A DNA stretch of 64,000 nucleotides from Octopus bimaculoides (taxonomy: Eukaryota). The position numbers and the translations under genes were made by a program. Under the pieces are notes generated by a model. It worked only from the letters and a program-made list of their open reading frames with translations, did not search any database and was not told the DNA's origin. This document shows positions 1 to 10,703 of the stretch, piece by piece. Where the stretch lies: positions 55,157,570-55,221,569 of the forward strand of contig NC_068987.1 in the NCBI RefSeq assembly GCF_001194135.2. Reading direction: 5' to 3'. Numbering within the stretch: position 1 is the first letter of the stretch; each line of letters begins with the position of its first letter.

Positions 1-80
<80 letters not shown>

Positions 81-100
81 CACACACACACACACACATG
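1..100. repeat. (TA)n/(CA)n microsatellite
   Basis: Directly visible. Many similar tracts occur throughout, e.g. 5768-5830, 13545-13610, 25540-25710, 29518-29546 and 39320-39390. Confidence 0.95.
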
Positions 101-283
101 CACATATATATTCAGTTGAATTAATGCTCACTTTCCTATCATTAATTAACCCTTACGTGTTTCAAAGCAAGCCTATATTTGCACATACCCAGACATGTTT
201 TCACAGGAGATTGGAAACGAGCAACACCTCTTGTATCATGGCATCACTCATTTACAACTATTGCATGATGTTAAGACAAGGAG

Positions 284-314
<31 letters not shown>

Positions 315-718
315 TGCGTGCGTGCGTGCACGACTGAGCCAATGGTGCTTCTTACATTGATGCTGAGATTTCATTGAAGATCAACTGTCAAGATCACCAA
401 GCTCTGACAAAAGAGTAATTGCAATGCATCAATAGGGATTGTGTCCATGTTTGTGTAATCAGCTAACGAAAGATTCACTATGACTCAAGCTCCCATTGCA
501 AATTCAGAATAGTGGAATTGGATGGTGACAGAGTAATGAGAATGTGCAAAGGCGATGTGAGTGGGGAATGATGCAACCAACACTGGAGAAATTGAACCTG
601 TAACCTGACTAAATAGTCCCATCTACTCTGTATTAATTTTTATTTGGAGGTGCTGCAGCTTGTAAGGTTCATATCTTCTCCATTTTCGTTTTGTTGTTTC
701 ACTCTCTCTCCCTCTGTC

Positions 719-763
<45 letters not shown>

Positions 764-1099
764 ACACACACACACATCATGGTTTATCATGCATACAAAA
801 TAAGTACTAAAGAAATAGCAGATTAATATAATTTAATCTACCATATCCTTGAAAGTGCTGCACCAATATGTTCATAGTGCAAAGTGCAATAACTAAAGCT
901 CATATGAAAAATGTATGTGTGTGTGCATATCTGTTATATGTAATAGAAGTAGTATTAAATTAAAACAACCATCTATGTATTATATTTAATGTAAATACTT
1001 AGTTGACAGACAATTTACTGTGATATTCATATGGAAATAACAACTGTTATGGACAAAATGCCTTGTATTTACTTCTAGCTCTTTTATTCTTGAGTTAAA

Positions 1100-1760
1100 A
1101 TCCTACCTAGGTCACCATTGCCTTTCATCCTTCAAGGTCAATAATATCCTCCAAATTTGTGGCCTTCTTTCTATGTTGAGTGACATTTTATCCTTACATT
1201 CTGGGTTCAAATTCCGCTGAGGCCGACTTTACCTATCATCCTTTCATGTTTGATGAAGTACATGTCAGTTGTGTACTGGGGTTGGCATAATCAACTATCA
1301 ATCACACCTGAAACATTAGGCCTGGTGCTCATACTGGAAAGAATTGTGATTATTAAGATGGTGAACTGGGAAAAATACTGCATGGCATTTTGTCTGTCTT
1401 TACACACTCAGTTCAAACTCTGCCAGAATCACTTTAAAAAAAAAAGCACCAATTGAGCACTGAAATTGCTGGCCTTGTGCCAAAATTTGGAATTATTATT
1501 ATTAAGGTGGCAAGCTGGCAGAATCATTAGCGTGCTGGTCGAAATACTTAGCGGTATTTCACCTGTCACGATCTTCTGAGTTCAAATTCCTCTGAGTTCA
1601 GCTTTGCCTTTCATTTTTTCGGGGTCGATAAATTAAGTACCAGTTGAGTACTGGAGTCAATGTAATCAACTATCCGCCNNNNNNNNNNNNNNNNNNNNNN
1701 NNNNNNNNCCCCCACAAAAAAAAATTTCAGGCCTTGTGCCTATAGTAGAAAGGATTATCA
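1100..1760 (+). mobile_element. Degenerate SINE B cluster
   Basis: Several GCCTTTCATCCTT / GAGTTCAAATTCC / GGCCTTGTGCC motifs, spanning the gap at 1679-1708. Confidence 0.7.
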
Positions 1761-3315
1761 TCATTGGGGCTGTGGATTGACAGTTCTATTATGTATGAAA
1801 TATATTTGAGTTCTTTATGTACTGATTTCCAGTCCTGCCAAGATTAAATTCACACCTTGACCTTCTATTAGTTCTTGAGTCCATGCCAACATGGATTAGT
1901 TAAATGTATCATTGAGGCATTGTTTTGCAACTAGATGCCTTTCCTGTCACTAACCCTTAGTTGTTTTTTCAAGTAAAGGATATCTTATTTCTTCAAAGGC
2001 ACAATGTCAGTGGTTGTTTTACTGGTACAAGAAATGACAACATCACAACTTGTAGTCCAAGATATTTGAAGAAACACAGATGTAAACTAACACACACACA
2101 CACACGTTTCTTTCTGATTCTGACATCAATAAGATAAATACCAATCATATACTTGTCAGTTTAATAAGCTACACCCCCCTCTTCCTAATTTTGGGTCCTG
2201 TGGTATGTTAGAAATTATTTTGTTGTAGTAATAGTATAACATTTTCATTCACAAAAAAAAAAAACCCTTCTGTGTAAAATATTTTCTTTTTCTTTTATTT
2301 TTGGCTTTTTGTAGTGGAAAGGGGTTGCAACTAGGGAGAATTATGTTCAACGAATGCATCAATGACTTGACTTGCAATTATTATTATATATTCATGTGCT
2401 AGCATTGCAAAAATAATGAGTTCATGATATGTTTAGTGACATTTTGCAGACACTGATGGTGAACTAATATTTCCAGCACACTGCTATAACAAATAAAAGC
2501 ATTCAATTGAAACCTGAAGACAATGAACTGTAGTAATTGTTCAGTTGAACCAGCATACAATTACTTATTATTATGATGATGACCTTAGCAGCGTGATACT
2601 GGTAGGAGCAGAAATAGCATAATACATTGAATTGGTGATGGTTGCCAATATTTATTTTGAAGGTGACAATTTGGCAGAAATAGTTAAATCTGTCAGACTA
2701 AAATGTCTTGAAGTATTCAGTTTTGTTTCTCTCTTCTTTCTCCATTCAAATCATGCCACACTAGATTTTGTCGTACAATTTTTCTTCTGGGGCCTATAAA
2801 TAGCAATAATACACATGTTGTGGTTGGTTGCTTAATTTGTTTCCTGTATAAATTGGCCTTTTGTCTGCATCATCTTCATCTTTTAATGTCCACATTTTCC
2901 ATGCTTGTGTGGGTCAGACAATTTGTTGTGGTAGATTTTCTGAGGCTGGATGCTCTTCTTGTTGTCAATTATCACCTGTTTCCAAGCTAAGTAATATTTC
3001 CCCATGGTTGGACTTGTTTTCATACAAGACTAAAAACAAAGGACACTACGTATAGGTCAGTGACCTTTGTTTACAATTGTTGTATGATAATACATACATA
3101 TGCAACAGGCTTCTTTCAGTATTTGTCTACCAAATCCATATACGTGTTTCTGGTCAGCCTGGGACTATAGTAGAAGACACTTGCCCAAAGTGCCACACTG
3201 TTGGATTGAACCCAAAACCACATTATCAGCCATACTTGCACCTAATTTAAAATTGAAAACATAATGTTTTGATTGTTTAGTCTCACAATTACTGTGACTG
3301 TCAAATTGAAATTCA

Positions 3316-3489
3316 TAAATATGTTAAATTTAGTAGTCATTTAGTCTACGAAAGAAATTGCTTCAGGTCCTATATCAAAATTATTAAGACCATTGAACCA
3401 ATGTTTGTTAAACTAAAGCTAGTAAATATGTTAAATTTAGCAGTCGTCTAGTCTTACAAAAGACCTTGCTTCAGGTCCTACATCAAAAT
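3316..3489. repeat. Diverged direct repeat, ~67-bp unit, 107-bp period
   Basis: TAAATATGTTAAATTTAG...TTGCTTCAGGTCCTA(T/C)ATCAAAAT at 3316-3381 and 3423-3489. Confidence 0.8.
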
Positions 3490-3892
3490 ATCCCATTGAT
3501 TTGGTTTTTTATATTTTCGACAGTTATGTCAACCAATCAAATTATTGAAAACTGTCTAGTATAATAGTTTAGTTTATTGGTGGTAACTTTATTCTTTTTT
3601 TCTTTTTCTGGTTTGTCATTGGACTGTGGCCAAGCTGGGGCATCACTTCCAGGAGTCTTGATCAATCTTATCAGTCTCCTTTTGTTGAGCTTTGTTTGTT
3701 GCAAACGATTTATTGAATAGTACTGAGTCATAGTGTTGACATAGAGAATGTGATTCAACAGTGTCTGTACTAGTAAACCAAAACACAACACAAACGTACA
3801 CAGGTGTATGTGTGTATGAGAGAAAGAGAGAGTACAACCAAATTATGGACTGTATGTGAAATTTATGCTTTTCTGCTTTTTATTCTCTGTCT

Positions 3893-3932
<40 letters not shown>

Positions 3933-4840
3933 CCAATCAATACCAGCATGGGGATCAGATGTTAAATGATGCTAATATTTATGCCAAATGATTTAGGAGT
4001 TTGCATTGTAAACTTGAAGTTCTTGGTACCAGCTCTCTACATGGAATCTTGGCTAAATCATTTACCTTCGCCTCAGACCAGTCACTAATTGGTGGGAACC
4101 ACATTGAAACTGTTAGTTGAATGTAGTTGAATAAAATTTAAAATATGCATTTTTGTTCTGTGTGTGTGTGTTGAAGTGACAGGCTTCCACACAGTATCTG
4201 TCCATCAAAAATTAGTCACAAGGCACTACTCAGTCCCAAGCTTCAAGACATTTCCCAAAGATACTCTACAGTAGGACTGAACCATATGTCATAATGCTGT
4301 GAAGCCAGCTTCTTAAGTACAGTCATACCTAAACCTTTGATTATAATGGGATTTTTTTCTTTCCTTCTACAAATACTTTGAAAAACATTCTCTAAAAGGT
4401 TGTTTTTTTATTGTGTGTAAATGTTTCATTTCTCAAGATTTTCATTTGATTCAATCTGTATCACCAAAGTATAAATTTAATTTATCGTCTATCTAAATTT
4501 TCTTAAAACACCTTGTCATCCTATAAAGGAATATCAGTGTGTATTCTTTGTAATTCCACTTCCATGCACAGATAAAATCATCATCAGAATTGATGTTACC
4601 AATATTCTCATTCCATTACCACTTTTCTTTGAACTATTTTTTAGAATAGTTTTCTATTTAATTTTTTATTCCCCTTCTATTTTTATCTAACTGCTTCTGA
4701 AACTTGTTTCAGGACTGTTTAACAAACAGATTGTTTGTTTTTTGTTTTTTTTTTAATTTAAAGCTATTTAATTTGATTTTCATAACATAAAAATTATTTA
4801 TTAATTCTAAGCTAATGTTTTGAGTCCTCACAGATATATT

Positions 4841-5040
4841 TCAAACCTTTTGATATACCAACCTGCCTGAGCCTGTCTCTGCTAGTTTTGTGATAGAAAT
4901 TTCATGTTTTAGAGTAATCAAGATTTAAAACCTGCCATCAAAATTCCATGTTGTTAATTTATGTTCCAAGCATCAGCTTAATATGGCAGTTATTTTACTA
5001 AATGTTTTATTATTTTGTGAATCAATCAAAACAAAGATAG
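4841..5040 (-). mobile_element. TTAA MITE family H, truncated by a SINE
   Basis: CCTTTTGATATACCAACCTGCCTGAG...CATCAAAATTCCATGTT..., same body as the 57.6-60.1 kb copies. Confidence 0.6.
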
Positions 5041-5397
5041 GTGCAGGTGTGGTGTGTGGTAAGAAGTTTGTTTTTCAATTCCACTGTGTGGCAGCTTAGG
5101 CAAGAACCTTCTACTGTATCCCTAGGTTGACCAAAAACTTGTGCATGGATTTGGTAAATGGAAACTGAAAGAAGCCCATCTTCTGTTTGTGTATATATAT
5201 ATATGTGTGTGTGTGTATATATACACAAATAAACGAACGCAATTCTTCCATGTGATCAGCTTGAAAAATTAAGATATTAAGATATTTTTCTTAACATGAA
5301 GCCTCTGGTAGCCTTAATACACAAATAAAGAAATTTTATCCACCAATGCAGTGTTGAGCACTGATTCTTGTCATTCGACATTTACATATATAAATAA

Positions 5398-5690
5398 AAG
5401 ACAAAGGAATAAATGATTATCTTATGAACTTCATTAGCTTACAGTTGTTTCTCCTAAGATGCAGTGGACTCATAGTTGGGTGCTTGAATAACACCTTATA
5501 GCCTCATTGGAGGTTCCATGTTCGGGGCTCTGATGAAGTCATAAGGTATCACTCAAGATCTCAACTGAGTCCACTGCACCTTATATGAACTTCATTAGTT
5601 TACAGCTGTTTCTGCAACAGCTGTAAACTAATGAAGTTCATAGAATAATCGTTTATTCCTTTGTCTTCTCATTTTCTTATTACCATTCTG
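5398..5690. mobile_element. Second, decayed palindromic element with hammerhead-like remnants
   Basis: Outer inverted repeat 5398-5450 / 5616-5667. Inner inverted repeat ~5459-5508 / ~5532-5580. CTGATGA at 5530-5536 followed by a long stem II candidate GTCATAAGGT...ACCTTAT. Palindromic ACAGCTGT plus GTA. Perfect 26-bp foldback at 5585-5610 / 5616-5641. Confidence 0.6.
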
Positions 5691-5766
5691 TACTTGACTA
5701 ACACTTCATTCTGAAGCATATGTATATTGAGTTCTACACCAGGTTATTAGTATCGCAATGCCTTAG

Positions 5767-5830
<64 letters not shown>

Positions 5831-6049
5831 TTGTGTGTGTTTCCTTTACATCATGTGTTAGTTGTAAGCAAATGTCACTAGTATGGAAAGTAGATATTAA
5901 GATGATGATGAAGAATAATGTATTTCAGCAGAAATTTTGGGTATTGAATTAGCTGATTGTCATAAAGTGAATTATCGTATTGTTCTTAACACTTACATTA
6001 AGGATAACATTAAAAATGTATTGGTTTGATAGTTTATATCATCATATTG

Positions 6050-6672
6050 TCATCGTCATCATTTTAACATTCACTCTTCCATGAGTCAGGCAAAATTCAT
6101 TGAGGTAGATTCTCTTTCGGCCAGATGCCCTTTGTTGTTGCCAACCCTCACTTGTTTCCAAGCAAGTTATTATTTTCCCATGACAGATGTTTTCACAGAA
6201 GATTGAAAGCAAATATCATGGCCTTTATGACGGTGACACTTGTTAACAATAATTGCACAATGTCAAGATGAGGAAGTACAAATATACATACACACATGCA
6301 CACGCATACAATAGTCTTCTTTCTGTTTCTACTTAGAAGCCTTTAGTTAGCCTGGGGCTCTAGTAAAAGACCAACTGACCAAGGTACTATACATGTGTGT
6401 GTGTGTGTGTGTGTGTACACTCATGTGTATGTAGGTGTTGTGTTTCCTTGTCTTGACATGACAGAATGGTTATAAATGAGAACATTACCATCATACAAGC
6501 AGGGTGCCTTGTTTGTAACCTTACATGGAAACCTGTCTGGCCACAGGGGAATATTACCTTGCTTGGAAATAGATGAGGATTGGTGGCAAGGAGGGCATCT
6601 GACCATGAAAATCTGCCTCAATGAAGTCCATCTGCAAGCACAGAATAGTGGTCATTAAAACAATGATGATGA
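6050..6672. mobile_element. Inverted pair of family F SINEs (minus ~6050-6400, plus ~6420-6672)
   Basis: CCCTCACTTGTTTCCAAGCAAG...TTTCCCATGACAGATG versus CTGTCTGGCCACAGGGGAATATTACCTTGCTTGGAAATAGATGAGG. Other F copies lie at ~120-300, 2870-3050, 23270-23500, 32960-33200, 44020-44200, 52690-52870, 62700-62940 and 63160-63390. Confidence 0.7.
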
Positions 6673-7515
6673 TACTGAGCTTATTGAAATATTTGTCTAT
6701 TCTTGTACTGAAACATTTACCCATGAATTCAATCAATAGACATTTTATAACTATTCTGTGATCTAAAAACAAGGACACACACACTTACATACATTTTTGG
6801 AAGCTAAACATGTGAGGGTGTTACTTGCATTTTTTTGTTTTGTTTTAAATGTCACTCATTCATTTCTCATAACTGCAAATAAATAATGTATTACATTATT
6901 GTATCACAAACACTACATTGTAGATACTTGAAGCAAACTAGAAATTTATAAAGTCCTGCTCTAATGCAGTAATTCATATTGTGTTCTCATTGTTTAGCTC
7001 TCTGCAATCTAGCTTGTTGATCCTGCTTTGGTATCTTTGACTGGGACTTCTAGTTTATACCAAAATTATCATATTGTGCCATCATGCACAGTTAAAACAC
7101 TCTAAGGCAGTATGATAATGATGATGGTCATCATCATTTAATGTCTGTTTTCCATGCTGGCATGGATTGCACAGTTTGACAGGAGCTGTCCAAACTCCAA
7201 TTGTCTGTTTCGGCATGTTTTCTATGGCTGGATGCCCTTCTTAACAACAACCATTTTACAGTGTGCGCTGGGTGTTTTTTATGTGCCACCAGCATGGGTG
7301 CATTTACATAGCACCAACACAAGTGCATTTTTCTTGGCACCAACTGGCTCATCTTGTAATAGGCATGATTTCTGCTGTCATTCTACAAATTTATTTGCTC
7401 AATAATTTATGGATTTCCAATTCTCTCATAACTAGCCATCTGATATCTCTATAAGAGCCATGTGTGTGTTGTGTGTATAAAAATATAAATCTTATACTTT
7501 TTATTTTCATTACAG

Positions 7516-7708
7516 GGAAATGGATTATGGTTATGAAGCCGACACGCATTCAGATAACCCTGACCAGTATTACGCTACTGTTGCTCCGACCTTAGCAAAT
7601 ATGCCTAGCAATGCATCTTTTGACCAATACAGTGACCATTCACTTGCTTCTTCACACTTATCACTCCAAAATGCTGGTGTATACAAGGCAAGAGCTGCCC
7701 CAACACAG
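7516..7708 (+). CDS. Coding exon A of a large multi-exon gene (Tyr/Pro-rich low-complexity protein; tentatively p120/delta-catenin-like N-terminal region)
   Basis: Pyrimidine tract and acceptor ttttcattacAG (7514-7515). Open frame (E)MDYGYEADTHSDNPDQYYATV...YKARAAPTQ with ATG at 7520. Donor CAG|GTAAAA at 7708/7709, phase 0, matching the phase-0 start of exon B. May be an internal exon (phase-2 start) or carry the start codon. Confidence 0.85.
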
Positions 7709-7753
7709 GTAAAATGCTCACCTTTTATTTTCCCCCCATTATGTTGATTTTAT

Positions 7754-7924
7754 TTAACCCTTTAACCATATCAGCTGCATCCAATCTCTCACACCTACCC
7801 TACAACGTCATTCTAAAAATATAAACAACCACATCATCAAAATGTTGAATGCATGAATAATTGCAAACAATGTTAATAAATAAGAATTACATTTGACAGA
7901 GGAATCTGAATGCTAAAAGGTTAA
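7754..7924. mobile_element. TTAA-flanked MITE family G (piggyBac-like ends)
   Basis: TTAACCCTTT ... AATGCTAAAAGGTTAA; same body as the copies at 42139, 43632 and 50621. Lies 45 nt downstream of the exon A donor. Confidence 0.75.
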
Positions 7925-9139
7925 AATTATTACATGAAATACAAGATTGCACTGTTCTTTTGATTAGCTCTATTTTATTATGTTTATGTTGTAGTCATGC
8001 TTACAGAGATTAAACAGCTTTTCAAATTCAGATACTATCATGTAACTAAATTATATCAATTTTATGATTGTTGAGAAGAATGAAAAGGTTAAAAGCAATT
8101 AAAATCAAGATTACATCAAGTATATAATTCTCTGGGTGAAAGTGCTTATTCTGAAATGGAAGGACAAAATTGAAACTTAATAATGAGACAAAATACAGAT
8201 GTTCAGAAGAGCAAAACCAGTTTAAGTTGTTAAAATACTAAGGTCTTTATGCGTAATTGCTTAACCAAAACAGCGTTGTTATACTTTTGCTTATTCTTGT
8301 TTCATGTTTTGTTGTTGTACAGAAGTAAATGAAATTATAATTCAGATTATAAGCGGGAAGAAACAGGCAAATAATCAATTATGATTGTCAACATTAATGA
8401 TAACCAATAGGGTTATGTCTAATCAATATAAAAACACTTTGGGTGTTGTTTATAGTACTATTAATGACACCAATTATTTCATATCATTGCAACTAAATAG
8501 TCTTTCTATTAAAAGGAAATTGAAGTGTTTTAAAGAGAATTAAAAAAACAAACAAGTGCTATTATTATGGTCCAATCCATGAAACTGTTCTTTATGAACT
8601 ACTGTAATCAGCTAGATGGACATGGGTGGTGGTCAGCTGTTAGACTCCCTCTTTTATTGTAGCTGCCTCTCTTATTCAGTATATACATAATTTATGAGTG
8701 TGTGTGTGAATATCATCATCATTGAATGTCTATTTTCCATTTTGAGTTGGATGGTTTGACAAGAGCTAGCAAGGTGGAGGGCTGCACCAGGCTCTAGTCA
8801 TCTTTTCTGGCAGGGTTTCTATAGCTGGTCACCCTTCCTAATACCAACCACTTTACATAGTGGGTGCTTTCTACATAGAACCAGCACCTACACAAAGACA
8901 CACATGCACGCATATGTATAGATATACATACATATACGTAAACAATGTACCACAATGATTTGCTAACTCCATTCTTCAATACTTGTGATTATACATATTC
9001 TATGAATATTTTGCAGATTTTTAGATAACTGGAGTGGTAGCACAGAAAAGCTTCCCATTTTTCAGTTCTTAGATAGCCAATAACTATAGAAATGCTTCAT
9101 GTGATAAACACTAGGGTTATATATCTCAGTTCACTTATG

Positions 9140-9361
9140 TATGAAGGGGTACTGAAAAGTTCCTGGTTTTAAGGGTATTGCAAAAGGCCTGGTTGGCGAC
9201 CTACCCTTCTAAGTTCTTTCACAGGGCTTAGAAAAACTGAAGCACCACTGCAATTAGTGTGCGAATCTGAGAGGGGAATATGTTAGATAAAATCATAATT
9301 AACTGATCCTCCTCTATTTTCTTTTACCAAAAGCCAGGAACTTTTCAGCATCACCCTTGTA
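9140..9361 (+). mobile_element. Tc1/mariner internal-deletion derivative (MITE)
   Basis: TIRs TATGAAGGGGTACTGAAAAGTTCCTGG and CCAGGAACTTTTCAGCATCACCCTTGTA with terminal TA. The interior reads GLEKLKHHCN*CANLRGEYVR*, like the mariner transposase C-terminus (KL..RW.KCV...G.YVE). Confidence 0.8.
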
Positions 9362-10500
9362 CATAACCCCACCTCCTCAAAAAAAAAAAAAAGAAAAACA
9401 AAAGGTTGGTTGAATTATATTTTATTTTGTTGGGTGAATAGGTTACCTAACAATTCAACAATGTTGTTGACACAGATATTATTTGCATATTGCGTCTATT
9501 CATCACAAGTTCATCACAATCCTTTTCTACTCTAGGCACAAGGCCCAAATGTTTGGGAGCAGGGAGTCAATAAGATCGACTCCAGTACGCAACTGGTGCT
9601 TAATTTATCGATCCCAAAAGGATGAAAGGCAAAGTCAACCTCAGCGGAATTTGAATGCAAAACGTAAAGACAGACAAAATACCGCTATGCATTTCGCCCG
9701 GCATGCTAACATTTCTGCCAGCTCACTGCCTTACAAGTTCATCACAATCAACACATCTCTCTTGCTCTTATCATCCTTGTTGTGCCCACCTTCCAGCACT
9801 AACCACTGTGCCTAGTTCTTCCTTCTTCAAACAATGTTTTTCTGGAACACTCGCTGCTCATGCCTTCCCCTGCAGATATTCAGTTGCAATAGTTCGAAAA
9901 GAACATTAATGGCTTTGGTTTTTCTTGTTTTGAAGGGTTTGCAAAGCTCATGGACCTTGCCTCTTTCTCAAGATTCAGTAAACTGGAAAACACAAAAAGA
10001 GAGAGAGAGATAAAAAGAATAGAATAGAAAAGAAGACTTGAAGATATTTATTGAATGGTTGCAAGCATAGCTGTGTGATTTGCTTCCCACCCATGTGATT
10101 GGGAGTTCAGTCCCACTGCTTGGCACCTTCAGCAAGTGTCTTCTACCATAGCTCTAGGATGACAAGAGCCGTGTGTGTGTCTGTGATTGCCTCCTTATTT
10201 TGTTATCACATAATAGTTGTAGGTGTGTGTTGCCATCACACAAGCTTTACCAGTTGTTTCCAGTCTTCCATGGAAACATGTCCAGTTGTGGGGATATATT
10301 CAAAATTTGAAATTGCGAAGCTACTGGATGATTTATTGTCAGAAGAATGTCAACTAAGTTGCTGTTTGCAGCGAGGAATGTAAACAGCCTCATAGACACT
10401 AGACCATTATTTACATAAATTTTATATAAGTATGTGTATATATACACACACGTATGTGTGTGTGTATGTATGTATTCTAAACTATATTTTCTTTTTGCAG

Positions 10501-10703
10501 GCTCCAAGAAAAGTAATAAATCCTCCAGAATTACCACAAGCTGCCAGGAGTTCAATTTCTTCGCTTCCACAAGAACATTTAGATGATGGATATAATCGGT
10601 ACACTGCTCGTGTTAGAGGCATGGAACTTATGGCTCCAGACAGTCGGAGCTCTCCCCGTCCACAGATGGCATCCAACCGAGCAGGATCAGTGACGCCAAC
10701 CAG
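10501..10703 (+). CDS. Coding exon B (short form; in-frame extension to 10883 possible)
   Basis: Acceptor ttttctttttgcAG at 10499-10500. Encodes APRKVINPPELPQAARSS...RAGSVTPT plus AG. Donor CAG|GTCAAA at 10703/10704 is phase 2. A second phase-2 donor TAG|GTATAA lies at 10883/10884 in the same open frame. Confidence 0.8.

Noticed and set aside
3643-3837. Minus-strand ORF with protein-like composition (…FNKSFATNKAQQKETDKIDQDSWK)
   Set aside because: Its 3' part is a decayed SINE A tail (CCAGCTTGGCCACAGTCCAATGAC); it has no convincing splice context.
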